A DNA stretch of 32,000 nucleotides from Paraeggerthella hongkongensis. GTDB taxonomy: Bacteria; Actinomycetota; Coriobacteriia; Coriobacteriales; Eggerthellaceae. Each line of letters starts with the position of its first letter. The stretch's first letter is position 1. The position numbers and the translations under genes were made by a program. Below, piece after piece: positions 8,651 through 18,287 of this stretch. The stretch lies in contig NZ_QICD01000007.1 in assembly GCF_003726035.1 (NCBI RefSeq), positions 68,127 through 100,126 on the forward strand. The letters run 5' to 3'. The notes beneath the pieces were generated by a model. That model saw only the letters and a program-made list of their open reading frames with translations. It did not search any database and had not been told where the DNA came from.

Positions 8651-9682
8651 ATGACTATGGAATTTCGTCGCCGTCTTCCGATTCCCGCAGAGGTAAAGGA
8701 AGATCTGCCGCTTCCTTCGAGATACGAGAAGAAAAAGGCGGAGAGAGATTGGGAGATCGGGCAAATTCTCCAAGGAGTGGATGCTACGAGAAAGCTGCTC
8801 GTTATCGGGCCTTGCTCAGCCGACAGGAGCGATGCCGTTCTCGAATACTGCGCAAAGCTTGCAGAGCTTCAGGAGAAAGTGAAGGACAAGCTGCTGATCA
8901 TTCCCCGCATTTATACCAGCAAGCCTCGAACGACAGGAGCTGGCTATAAAGGTATGTTGCATCAGCCAAACCCCAGCAGCGGATCCGACATGTTAGAAGG
9001 CCTAAAAACCATCCGAAGCCTACATCTCAAAGTGATTCAAGAAACCAACTTGTTCGGTGCGGATGAGATGCTTTATCCATCAAGCTACAGGTTCGTATCG
9101 GACCTACTATCTTATGCCGCAGTGGGTGCGCGCTCTGTGGAAAACCAAGAGCACAGATTGACCGCATCCGGTTTGGATATACCAGTGGGAATGAAAAACC
9201 CTACGGGAGGGGATATTTCCGTCATGATTAATGCAGTGTATGCGGCGCAGCAAGGACATATGTTCATCTATCGAAACTGGGAAGTTGTGACTTCGGGGAA
9301 CCCTCTTGCGCATGCAATTTTGCGTGGCTACAAAAGATCTGACGGCAGAAATCGACCAAACTACCACTATGAAGACCTTCTCCTCCTATGTGAGGAATAT
9401 TCAAAGATGGGATTGAAGAACCCGTCGGTGGTCATCGACTGCAACCACGCAAATTCGAATAAGAAGCACGTGGAACAGCCGCGCATCGTTCGCGATGTTC
9501 TTCGCAGCTGCTCCGAGTCGAAAGAAGTCTCAACCATGATAAAGGGCTTCATGGTTGAGAGCTATTTAGAGGAAGGAAGCCAGAAGGTCGGTGGGAGTGT
9601 ATATGGGAAGTCAATAACAGACCCCTGTCTTGGCTGGAGCGGAACCGAACGTCTGATCCTAGAGTTGGCAGATGAGCTCTGA
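8651..9682 (+). CDS. 3-deoxy-7-phosphoheptulonate (DAHP) synthase, type I-alpha (AroF/G/H-like) homologue
   Basis: It is collinear with AroG-type enzymes: VIGPCS, SKPRTT..YKG, VGARSVENQEHR..ASG, VGMKNPTGG, ILRG, DCNHANS, MVESYLEEGSQ and YGKSITDPCLGW. AAGGAG lies upstream. Confidence 0.85.
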   Translation: MTMEFRRRLPIPAEVKEDLPLPSRYEKKKAERDWEIGQILQGVDATRKLLVIGPCSADRSDAVLEYCAKLAELQEKVKDKLLIIPRIYTSKPRTTGAGYKGMLHQPNPSSGSDMLEGLKTIRSLHLKVIQETNLFGADEMLYPSSYRFVSDLLSYAAVGARSVENQEHRLTASGLDIPVGMKNPTGGDISVMINAVYAAQQGHMFIYRNWEVVTSGNPLAHAILRGYKRSDGRNRPNYHYEDLLLLCEEYSKMGLKNPSVVIDCNHANSNKKHVEQPRIVRDVLRSCSESKEVSTMIKGFMVESYLEEGSQKVGGSVYGKSITDPCLGWSGTERLILELADEL

Positions 9683-10445
9683 TTCCATGTCTGAAAACTC
9701 CTTTCCAGGCTCCAGTAACTCCCTGCGAAATCGGCGCTGGAGAAAAAGATCCTTGTATGAAAGATTCGGGAAAAGGGCAATCGACGTAGCGGTTTCAGCT
9801 TTTGTCCTGGTGGTTACGCTTCCGGTCAATGCGTGCATTGCGATTCGCACATATTTTGATGTGGGGAGTCCCATCCTGTTTAAACAAGAGAGGGTCGGCA
9901 TACATGGAGAGGTATTCACGTTAGTCAAGTTCCGCAATATGACCAACGAGACGGATGAGAACGGTCAGCTGTTGCTACCCGAGGACCGCGTAACTGATTT
10001 CGGGCGTTTCGTTAGATCGACGTCGCTCGATGAGCTTTTGAATTTCTGGTCGATTTTCAAAGGGGATATGTCGCTCATCGGCCCGAGGCCGCTGTTGGTT
10101 GAATATCGAGACTTATGGACGGAAGAGCACCTGGAGCGCTTGGGTGTTTTGCCAGGCCTCGAGTGTCCTACGCCTAAGAGAATCGATCATGCTATTACCT
10201 GGCAAGAGCAATTTGACAACGACGTATGGTATGCAGCCAATATCAGCCTGAAAACCGATATCAAATTGCTGGTCCGCCTCTTTTCACTGGTCCTGGATAA
10301 AGAACAGAGAAAAGCTCGGGAGGACGGCACGAAAGGCTATTTCATTGGTTACAGAGATGGCGAAGCGATCACCGAAGCCGAAGTGGATAACTGGCGAAGC
10401 AGCAGAGTGTTCTTTCCTGGCCGAAATTTGAGCGAAGATAAATGA
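9672..10445 (+). CDS. Initiating phosphoglycosyl transferase (bacterial sugar transferase, small PglC/WbaP-C-like)
   Basis: It has a single N-terminal re-entrant helix (AIDVAVSAFVLVVTLPV), then PILFKQERVG, KFRNM and LDELLNFWSIFKGDMSLIGPRP. It overlaps the DAHPS stop. Confidence 0.85.
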   Translation: MSSDSMSENSFPGSSNSLRNRRWRKRSLYERFGKRAIDVAVSAFVLVVTLPVNACIAIRTYFDVGSPILFKQERVGIHGEVFTLVKFRNMTNETDENGQLLLPEDRVTDFGRFVRSTSLDELLNFWSIFKGDMSLIGPRPLLVEYRDLWTEEHLERLGVLPGLECPTPKRIDHAITWQEQFDNDVWYAANISLKTDIKLLVRLFSLVLDKEQRKAREDGTKGYFIGYRDGEAITEAEVDNWRSSRVFFPGRNLSEDK

Positions 10446-11554
10446 AAGAGACTTCGATGAGGGTTCTAGTATACGGAATGGTCGGCACGAACAGAGGCGG
10501 TATCGAAACCTTCCTGCTGAATATGAACGAGCACATGTCAGATGGCTGTGTTTTCGATTACGTTATAGAAGAAGAGACATGCATACATGAAGACAGGGTT
10601 TTCCAAAAAGGCGGAAAGCTATTCCGAATAGCACCGAGAAAGACGCATCCGATGAAGAACGCCATCGATTCGTGGAGGTTAATGAAGAGCGCGGCGGCAA
10701 GCAATATGCCCGTGTATTTCAATTTGTCTTCATTGAGCTGGATTGTGCCCGTCGTCGAGGCGCGGTTGCTCAAGTTGGACGTATTCGTGCATGCGCACAA
10801 CTCGGAGCTCATTGACTGCAACAGCGGCTTTTTCTACAAATTGGCTAACTCAATAAGTCGATGCATTATCAAAAAAATGAGAATCCATCGATTGACTTGC
10901 TCGGATCTCGCAGCATCGTTTATGTTTGGCGACGAGAAAAACGTCTTGATGATCCACAATGCCATAGATCTGCAGAAGTTCCGCTTCAACGAAGAAGCCC
11001 GAAACAACATAAGGAAAAAACTAAATATTTATAACGACATCGTTGTTGGTTTCGTAGGAAGGATCGCCTATGAAAAAAACCCGAGCTTTTTGCTCGATAT
11101 AGCAGACAGTCTGTCGAAGCAAACCGAGAAGAATTGGACTGTCGTGCTGCTTGGAGACGGCCCCCTGCGTGAGTCGTTCGAACGTCAAGTACGAGAATCC
11201 AATTTCAAGTCTCATTTTCTATTGCTTGGCAATGTTCCTAATCCAAATGACTACATGCAAGCATTCGATGTGCTATGCCTGCCTTCGAGGCACGAAGGTT
11301 TGCCTTATGTATTGGTGGAAGCCCAAGCATCAGGACTCCGGTGCCTGGTATCCGACCGCATAACTCGCGTGGCGGCAGTCACGGATTTGGTTTCGTATTT
11401 GCCCGTAGGCCAAGACTCCGAGCTTTGGGCTGATGCGATTCTCAAACTGGAAGACAGAAACCGTTCCGTTTTCCTCGATACAATGTCTGAAACACGTTTT
11501 AACATTGATATCGAGGCGCCGCGCTTGGAGGGGATACTGCGTTCGTCATGGTGA
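10442..11554 (+). CDS. Glycosyltransferase family 4 (GT-B, retaining type)
   Basis: It has the EX7E motif HEGLPYVLVEAQASG and GRIAYEKN. An ATGA start/stop overlap links it to the previous gene. Confidence 0.85.
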   Translation: MKETSMRVLVYGMVGTNRGGIETFLLNMNEHMSDGCVFDYVIEEETCIHEDRVFQKGGKLFRIAPRKTHPMKNAIDSWRLMKSAAASNMPVYFNLSSLSWIVPVVEARLLKLDVFVHAHNSELIDCNSGFFYKLANSISRCIIKKMRIHRLTCSDLAASFMFGDEKNVLMIHNAIDLQKFRFNEEARNNIRKKLNIYNDIVVGFVGRIAYEKNPSFLLDIADSLSKQTEKNWTVVLLGDGPLRESFERQVRESNFKSHFLLLGNVPNPNDYMQAFDVLCLPSRHEGLPYVLVEAQASGLRCLVSDRITRVAAVTDLVSYLPVGQDSELWADAILKLEDRNRSVFLDTMSETRFNIDIEAPRLEGILRSSW

Positions 11555-12765
11555 AGAGCCGCATACAGAATTCTATCTCCAGTATAAGAGTGGCGGATCT
11601 CCTTGTTTTTCTGATCGCGCTCTTTTTCTTCAGACCTTCTTTGTTTGAAAAGTATGAATCGCTTAACATGGGTTTCAATCTTGGATTGATCGCCCTGCTC
11701 GCGCTTTACCTCGTCATTGCTTCTTTGAAAAACAAGACCGGAGTTACGGTTTATTCCTGCATGGCTGTAGGTTACTTTCTACTCTTGCTCACCTCGACGT
11801 ATATCAATGATGGGTCTTTAACTAGATCGATGATGTATGTAGGCGTGGGAATCCTGAGCGTTCTCGTATTCGCAAGCATCTTCAAGTACGAGATGGCGGC
11901 ATTTTTGAACTCCATGCAGGTACTAGGCCTTATCTTCATTCCTTTAAACCTGCTGACAATGCTTGTGATCCCCGGTGGCTTCACGAACAACGGCGTGCAC
12001 CCAGTTTTTCTACTGGGTCAGGCTACCAGATTCATCTATTTCTTTTTGCCTATCTTTGTTTCCCTGTTGGTTCGCGATTATCGAAAAGGGACGCATCCGA
12101 GCAAATGCACGATAGCTCTATGGATTTGCGCGGAAACATCCCTTGTTATTGGGCAGACAGCTGCAGGGATAGTCGTGGTCTCGGCGCTTCCGTTGTTTAT
12201 CTTGCTTTTGGGCAATCGCTTTGCAAAAACACTATGTTCTCCGCCAGTCTACCTCGCGGTTCAGCTCACCCTGTTTTTTATCTTAGTGTTTTCTACATTG
12301 CCAGAACAGACCTTAGGTCTGCTGCAATCATTGTTCCAGAAGGATGCAACACTCAGCTCAAGAACGTATATATGGGATAAAGTTATCCTGCAGACTGAGT
12401 CAAACCCTCAGCAGTTCCTGTTCGGTTTTGGAGTACTTCAGAACAATGAGATGATCGCGCTCTTTAATTTTGTTCATTGTCATAATCATCTGCTTCAAGT
12501 GCTGTTTAATGGAGGTGTCGTAAGCCTGACGATCTTTATCACGCTGATCGGCCTTTCATACTGGGAGTTGATGAAGACCAATTCGGAAGCCACCTCTCGA
12601 ATTATATCGTTTGGGATATTCCTCTTCTCTATAGCACTATTGTTCGACACCGTTGATGGCGTTCGAAACTACTACCTTGTCCTATTGATCCTAGGTAGCT
12701 GTTCGAAATACATAAGTCAGTGCGATGACTATTCTCTTCCAAAGCTAGAACGAGGTGATAGATGA
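11548..12765 (+). CDS. wzy: O-antigen ligase/polymerase-domain (Wzy_C-type) polytopic membrane protein, the likely repeat-unit polymerase
   Basis: It has about 10 or more hydrophobic helices. SSRTYIW and HCHNHLLQVLFNGGVVS resemble the Wzy_C/O-antigen ligase domain. The gene overlaps its neighbours on both sides. Confidence 0.7.
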   Translation: MVKSRIQNSISSIRVADLLVFLIALFFFRPSLFEKYESLNMGFNLGLIALLALYLVIASLKNKTGVTVYSCMAVGYFLLLLTSTYINDGSLTRSMMYVGVGILSVLVFASIFKYEMAAFLNSMQVLGLIFIPLNLLTMLVIPGGFTNNGVHPVFLLGQATRFIYFFLPIFVSLLVRDYRKGTHPSKCTIALWICAETSLVIGQTAAGIVVVSALPLFILLLGNRFAKTLCSPPVYLAVQLTLFFILVFSTLPEQTLGLLQSLFQKDATLSSRTYIWDKVILQTESNPQQFLFGFGVLQNNEMIALFNFVHCHNHLLQVLFNGGVVSLTIFITLIGLSYWELMKTNSEATSRIISFGIFLFSIALLFDTVDGVRNYYLVLLILGSCSKYISQCDDYSLPKLERGDR

Positions 12766-13883
12766 AAAAAGTAGGAATCGTGACGCTGCATCGTTCTTAT
12801 AGCTATGGCGCCTGCTTGCAGGCATATGCCACGAAACTGGCAATAGAACAGATGGGGTGTAATGCAAGCTTCGTAAACTATGTAAACGAGAACGAGCAGT
12901 ACCAAAAACGCTTCGTATCACGACGACGAGATCATTCCTTTAACCAGAACGCGGTGGCTTCGCTAAAAAATATTATGTTAGGTCGCATACCTAACGAACG
13001 CAAAGCTTTCGATCAATTTCATGAAGAGTTCCTCCCGTCTTTAGATGAGACTTCCAACATGGCTTCAATAAGTTACTCCAATTTCGATATTTTATTATCT
13101 GGAAGCGATCAATTATGGAATCCAGAACTGTTTGGTGGACTGGATCGAGCTTATTTTCTCCAATTTGGGAATTGTAGGAAGATTGCGTATGCAGCTAGTG
13201 CGGGAAGCTACAGGTATTCGAAAGGCGAACTGGCTACTTTGGAAAACTATCTGGCAACATATAACCAGATTAGCGTACGAGAAGCCAATCTGAAGAGCCA
13301 AATCTCCAAAATAGTAGACACTCCAGTTGAAGAGGTCTTGGATCCAACCTTCTTGATAACTGGTGAAGAGTGGCTCGACCTCGCAAAGAAGCACGGTTCC
13401 TTTTCGCATGGCAAGCCCTATGTATTAGTTTATTTGGTTGGTGTATCGAAAGCTCATTATGAGATCGCTTATGCGAAAGTGATCGAAGAAGTCAAGAGAC
13501 GCTACGGCTGCGAAGCTCTTTTGATTAGGTCGGATGGAATCAGCTTCTCCGGATGCGACAAGAAGCTTAAGAGGATTACCCCATGGGATCTGATTCTAGC
13601 TATCTCAAACGCAGAGTTAAACATTGCAAGTTCTTTTCATGGGGTGGCATTCGCAGTTAACCTTGGCGCCAACTTCATAGCATTGGATAATCCAAGCAAC
13701 CCTTTACGAGTGCAAAATCTTCTTGCCGATACCGGTCTGGAGTGGAAGCGATATGCTGATACAGGTAGTGTTTCCTCCTGCCTCGATAAGCCAAGCTATG
13801 CAGAGGTTGGTAGGAGAGTTGATGAAGCAAGAGCGAAATCACTCGGATGGCTTTCGCAGGCTTTAGATTGTCAGAGTTTCTAG
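12762..13883 (+). CDS. Polysaccharide pyruvyl transferase family protein (CsaB/WcaK-like)
   Basis: It has the N-terminus KVGIVTLHRSYSYGACLQAYA, the GSDQLWNP motif and SSFHGVAFAVNLG. GAGGTGA lies upstream. Confidence 0.8.
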   Translation: MKKVGIVTLHRSYSYGACLQAYATKLAIEQMGCNASFVNYVNENEQYQKRFVSRRRDHSFNQNAVASLKNIMLGRIPNERKAFDQFHEEFLPSLDETSNMASISYSNFDILLSGSDQLWNPELFGGLDRAYFLQFGNCRKIAYAASAGSYRYSKGELATLENYLATYNQISVREANLKSQISKIVDTPVEEVLDPTFLITGEEWLDLAKKHGSFSHGKPYVLVYLVGVSKAHYEIAYAKVIEEVKRRYGCEALLIRSDGISFSGCDKKLKRITPWDLILAISNAELNIASSFHGVAFAVNLGANFIALDNPSNPLRVQNLLADTGLEWKRYADTGSVSSCLDKPSYAEVGRRVDEARAKSLGWLSQALDCQSF

Positions 13884-13924
13884 ATTGCTTATGTTTGCCA
13901 AACGTGTCGACAAGGAAGCGATAG

Positions 13925-15712
13925 GTGCTTGATATGTATACGACAATGAAAAATGTTCAAATATTGTTAAGTCTGCTCAAGCAACGCGGAATTTGCAGAG
14001 TAGTTCATTCTCCCGGTGGTAGCAACGTGGCCTTATCCCGCTCCATACAAAACGACCCCTTCTTTATCGAATACTCGGTAGTGGACGAGCGAAGCTCGGT
14101 GTTTTTCGCAATGGGTCTTGCGATGGAGCTTGACGAGCCCGTCGTTGTTTTATGTACTTCAGGAACCGCAGTAACAAACTTCTCTTCCGGTATGGCGGAA
14201 GCATATTACAAGGGAGTCCCGGTTGTCGCAGTGACTGCAGACAGAAGCACGTATCTTCTAGATCAGCTTGAGACCCAGAAGCTCAATCAGACCGACATAT
14301 TCAAATCGATAACTAAGTGCGAGGTGACACTGCCTGTTGTTCAGACGGATGACGACGCTTGGTATTGCAATAGACTGGTGAATGAGGCTCTGCTGGAGCT
14401 CTATCATCATGGAGCAGGTCCTGTTCACATTAATGTTCCCACCGTGGGCAGTAATGGTGGCTTCTCAGCGATGGAGTTGCCTTCTCAGAGGATGATCACA
14501 AGGTTGACCATTGAAGATTCTGCGGAGGAATGGCTCACGAAGAGAGACGAGTTGCTTTCTGCGGAGAAAGTCCTTGTTGTCATGGGAGAAAACGGACGGT
14601 ACTCTCAGGATGACCTGAAGGCCATTGAAAAGTTTGCGATCGCTTACGATTGCGTCGTTTCGGTAGAGCACATGTCGCCCTACAAGAAAGAGCGCTCTCT
14701 GATCACCTATCGCGCAACTGAGGCGATGACTTCGAGCGCGTTTGAGCCTCTCGTTCCAGATCTAGTGATCAATGTCGATGGCAACATCGCTTCGGTCAAT
14801 CTAAAAGACTACTTGAGGCTTAAACGGGGTAAATTCCGGCATTGGTCCATTATGCCAAATGGAAAAGTGCGCGATGTGTTCAAAGGGTTGACGGATATAT
14901 TCGAATGCTCCCCGAGGTATTTTTTCAATCGTCTCGCCGATCTCGCTGATAGTGTAGAGAAAAATAGAAGCGACTATTACGTACTGTGGCAGGAAGCTGT
15001 CGAGGCGGTTGAGATGCCCGAACTTCCTTTATCGCATTTGGCCGTAGCAAAAAGCCTAGCTTGCAGAATACCCGAGAATTCTCTTCTAGAGCTTGGAATC
15101 CTCAATTCCACCCGCACCATGCAGTTTTTTGACCTCGATCCAAGCGTAAAAGTTTCGAGCAATATCGGTGCATTAGGCATTGACGGCTCCTTATCGACTT
15201 TGATAGGTCGCTCTGTTGCAACTGATGCGTTGTCGTTTATCATTCAAGGTGACCTGAGTTTCTTTTACGATATGAATGCCTTAAACATTCGCCACGTTCC
15301 CTCTAATTTGCGAGTACTCGTTGTCAACAACGGAGGAGGTGGCGAATTCCACATCGGCATGAATCCTGATGAAGTTGACGACATGGATACCTACTTGACT
15401 GCCGCTCATAGCACGCGTGCTGAAGGGTGGGCTAGATCTCGAGGGTTCAAATATCTATCTGTCAATCGTGAGGGCGAGCTGGATGCTGCAGTAGATGAGT
15501 TTGTTTCGCCCGATTCAGAAGCTCCGGTTTTCCTCGAAGTATTCACGAGTAAATTTGATGATGCAGAACTACTAAAACGCTTCTACAAGAATAACAGTGG
15601 AGCGTCGCTAAAGGAGCGGGCTCTTGACGAGGCGAAGCAATTCGCGAAGTCGAATTTCTCTGGAAAATTGTTCTCTGCAGCTTCCCGCCTCGGCAAACAT
15701 AATAGAGCCTGA
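13925..15712 (+). CDS. Thiamine-diphosphate enzyme of the MenD (SEPHCHC synthase) family
   Basis: It has a three-domain ThDP layout: DERSS (cofactor Glu), LCTSGTAVTN, VTADR, SNIGALGIDGSLST and the ThDP motif GDLSFFYDMNAL...VLVVNNGGGGEF. The GTG 13925 start follows AAGGAAG; alternative ATG starts are at 13934 and 13946. Confidence 0.8.
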   Translation: MLDMYTTMKNVQILLSLLKQRGICRVVHSPGGSNVALSRSIQNDPFFIEYSVVDERSSVFFAMGLAMELDEPVVVLCTSGTAVTNFSSGMAEAYYKGVPVVAVTADRSTYLLDQLETQKLNQTDIFKSITKCEVTLPVVQTDDDAWYCNRLVNEALLELYHHGAGPVHINVPTVGSNGGFSAMELPSQRMITRLTIEDSAEEWLTKRDELLSAEKVLVVMGENGRYSQDDLKAIEKFAIAYDCVVSVEHMSPYKKERSLITYRATEAMTSSAFEPLVPDLVINVDGNIASVNLKDYLRLKRGKFRHWSIMPNGKVRDVFKGLTDIFECSPRYFFNRLADLADSVEKNRSDYYVLWQEAVEAVEMPELPLSHLAVAKSLACRIPENSLLELGILNSTRTMQFFDLDPSVKVSSNIGALGIDGSLSTLIGRSVATDALSFIIQGDLSFFYDMNALNIRHVPSNLRVLVVNNGGGGEFHIGMNPDEVDDMDTYLTAAHSTRAEGWARSRGFKYLSVNREGELDAAVDEFVSPDSEAPVFLEVFTSKFDDAELLKRFYKNNSGASLKERALDEAKQFAKSNFSGKLFSAASRLGKHNRA

Positions 15713-15717
15713 ACCCA

Positions 15718-17115
15718 ATGAGCAGGGAGCTTTCTCTAATAAAAAACACCGCGATATTCGCAGTGGGCAACGTCGGCTCGAAACTTCTCGTCCTGCTCCT
15801 TCTTCCTATCTGCACATACTTCATCGACCCATCAGGAGTTGGCGTATATGATCTATTGTACTCACTGCTGGAGGTTCTTAAACCTGTGGCGGTGCTTGCA
15901 ATACCAGAATCGTTGTTTCGTTGGCTTCTGGATAAAGACGCTAATCGTCGTGGTGTGTTTGCTAGTTGGACTCCGCTTTTTGTTGTACTGCTATTAGCAT
16001 TTACGTTTCTGTATGTAGCTGTTTGGTCTCTACTAAGATTTAATGATGCAGCGCTCGTGTACGCCCTGATAGTATCCGGGGTTGTGTACATGAGCCTTCA
16101 GTTTGCAACACGCGGTTTACACAATAACAAGTTATTCGCAATCCAAGGAATTGTGTACTCAATTGCACTTTGTTCGGCAAGTCTACTGTTCGTAATCCCG
16201 CTGGGCCTTGATTACAGAGGGATGCTGCTTGGAATCCTGGTTGGTAATCTCGTGTCAAGCGTGTTAATGATTGTGATTCAGCGTAAAGATTTCAAGTTCT
16301 CTTTCAAGGATAGAAACCTCGCACAAAGCAAGGAGATGTTAAGGTACTCTGCCTTACTACTCCCTAACAGTCTTTGCTGGTGGCTTATTAACGGATTTTC
16401 GCGAGTTCTTGTAGTAGGGGTATTAGGCTTAGCTGCAAATGGAGTCTTCGCAATTGCAGCAAGGTTTCCAACTGCATTAACTATGCTTTCGAATATATTT
16501 CAGCAAGCGTGGACAGAACAGGCTGTTGGAGAATTTGATGCGACGGATAGAAACGAGTACTTCACAAAGATCTTCCGCCTGTATAGCAGGATAGTGCTTT
16601 CGATTGCCATAGTCCTTATACCGTTCACTAAGTTATTTATAGACCTCTTTCTTGATTCCGGCTATACCGAGGCCTGTAACTATATAGGATTACTTTATTT
16701 GAGCGGCGTATTCAACGCCTTTTCAAGTTTTTTTGGAACAGGCTATTTTTGCGGGAAAGACACCAAGGGAGCAGCCTCTACCACTATTGTAGGCGCATTA
16801 GTTAGCTGTGGACTTAGCGTAGCATTGATCTTTCCCTTTGGGTTATTAGGGGTTGTAGTCGGAATGCTTGCTGGCCAGATGACGATGTGGATGGTGAGAA
16901 TCCGACAGAGCTCCTCTTATTTCATGATACACATTGACTGGGTTCAGATAGTAATTGGTGTCGTAATTTGTCTACTCTTTTCGGGTGCTGTTATTTTTGT
17001 AAGTGACCAAACGGCAGTTGCTCTACTATTCCTTGGTGCGGTTGTTGCAGTTTTGCTCAGTTGGGATATTTTGAAGTCTGCTTTTCGGAAGTGCGCAAGG
17101 TTTAGCAGAGAATAA
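15718..17115 (+). CDS. wzx: Oligosaccharide flippase (Wzx, MOP superfamily polysaccharide biosynthesis protein)
   Basis: It has about 12-14 TM helices and a typical N-terminus LIKNTAIFAVGNVGSKLL. Its position in the glycan operon supports the call. Confidence 0.8.
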   Translation: MSRELSLIKNTAIFAVGNVGSKLLVLLLLPICTYFIDPSGVGVYDLLYSLLEVLKPVAVLAIPESLFRWLLDKDANRRGVFASWTPLFVVLLLAFTFLYVAVWSLLRFNDAALVYALIVSGVVYMSLQFATRGLHNNKLFAIQGIVYSIALCSASLLFVIPLGLDYRGMLLGILVGNLVSSVLMIVIQRKDFKFSFKDRNLAQSKEMLRYSALLLPNSLCWWLINGFSRVLVVGVLGLAANGVFAIAARFPTALTMLSNIFQQAWTEQAVGEFDATDRNEYFTKIFRLYSRIVLSIAIVLIPFTKLFIDLFLDSGYTEACNYIGLLYLSGVFNAFSSFFGTGYFCGKDTKGAASTTIVGALVSCGLSVALIFPFGLLGVVVGMLAGQMTMWMVRIRQSSSYFMIHIDWVQIVIGVVICLLFSGAVIFVSDQTAVALLFLGAVVAVLLSWDILKSAFRKCARFSRE

Positions 17116-17142
17116 TGGGGCCGATATAGACATGGAGGCAAA

Positions 17143-18213
17143 ATGCGAGTTCTTCTATTGGGCGGAACAGGCGCGATCGGAAGAAACCTTGCAAAGATCT
17201 TGTCGTCGATGGGTTGCGAAACGGTTGTAACATCACGACAAAAACGCATTTCAAACAACGATGACATTGCCTATGTTCAAGGTAATGCCAAGGACATTGG
17301 ATTCTTAAACGATATTCTTGGTCAAAATTGGGATGCTATCGTTGATTTTATGGTGTGGTCGACAGACGAGTTCTCTGGCATAGCTGACCGTTTTCTAGGT
17401 TCAACAGACCAGTACGTCTTTATTTCAACTTATCGAGTATATGATCATTCTCCCCTTATCACAGAAGATTGCCCGCGATTACTTGATTCAACAAATGATC
17501 GGGAGTTTCTTGCGACAGATGATTATGCGCTAGCAAAAGCTCGTTGTGAGAACATTCTTTTTTCGAGCCCGAAGAGGGGATGGACGATAATTAGACCGTC
17601 GATTGTTTATGATGGATCTGGGCGGTTTGATCTTGGAGTTTTGGCTTCAGGTGTTTGGCTGTGGCGAGCTCAACATCATATCACGATACCTTTTCCTGAA
17701 GAGATGCTCCACAAAGAAACAACGATGACGTGGGGTGGAGATGTCGCGCGGATGATAGCAAGGATTCTCGGTAAGAGTGAGTCGCTTGGTGAGGTTTATA
17801 CCGCTGCGACTTCTTCCTGCATTAGTTGGAAAGAGGTGGCGGCGGCGTATCAGGAAGTGATTCCTTTTCTGTTGAAGCTATATCCACTAGATATCTTTGA
17901 AAGAGCCAAAGGAGATTTGTATCAGATTAGATACGACAGGATGTTTGATCGTGTCGTTGATAATTCTAAAATCATGAGAGCCACGGGTCTAGTGCAGGAC
18001 GATTTAGTTAATCCCAAAGAAGGTCTTCGCCATGCCGTGCGCGAATACCTTGAGTCGGGCGTAGAGCTACGCCCACGCGTTGGCGAAAATGCAAGAATGG
18101 ATCGTCTTGTCGGTGGGATGCCGTCACTCTCCCCCCTAATTGACTCAAAAGCTGGGGCAAGTCAGGTAGTGCGCTATCTAGCAAGAAGGTCATCTCTGTT
18201 AGATAGTCTCTGA
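17143..18213 (+). CDS. NAD-dependent epimerase/dehydratase family (extended/atypical SDR)
   Basis: It has GGTGAIG (GxxGxxG) and YALAK (YxxxK). A GGAGG lies 4 nt (CAAA) upstream. It is the last gene of the left operon. Confidence 0.75.
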   Translation: MRVLLLGGTGAIGRNLAKILSSMGCETVVTSRQKRISNNDDIAYVQGNAKDIGFLNDILGQNWDAIVDFMVWSTDEFSGIADRFLGSTDQYVFISTYRVYDHSPLITEDCPRLLDSTNDREFLATDDYALAKARCENILFSSPKRGWTIIRPSIVYDGSGRFDLGVLASGVWLWRAQHHITIPFPEEMLHKETTMTWGGDVARMIARILGKSESLGEVYTAATSSCISWKEVAAAYQEVIPFLLKLYPLDIFERAKGDLYQIRYDRMFDRVVDNSKIMRATGLVQDDLVNPKEGLRHAVREYLESGVELRPRVGENARMDRLVGGMPSLSPLIDSKAGASQVVRYLARRSSLLDSL

Positions 18214-18287
18214 AGGTAGCTTTTCTGAGTAGTAAGGCCAAACGGTGCCGTCGTTCAGATGAAAATGGTACCGCTGCTAAGAGGTAA

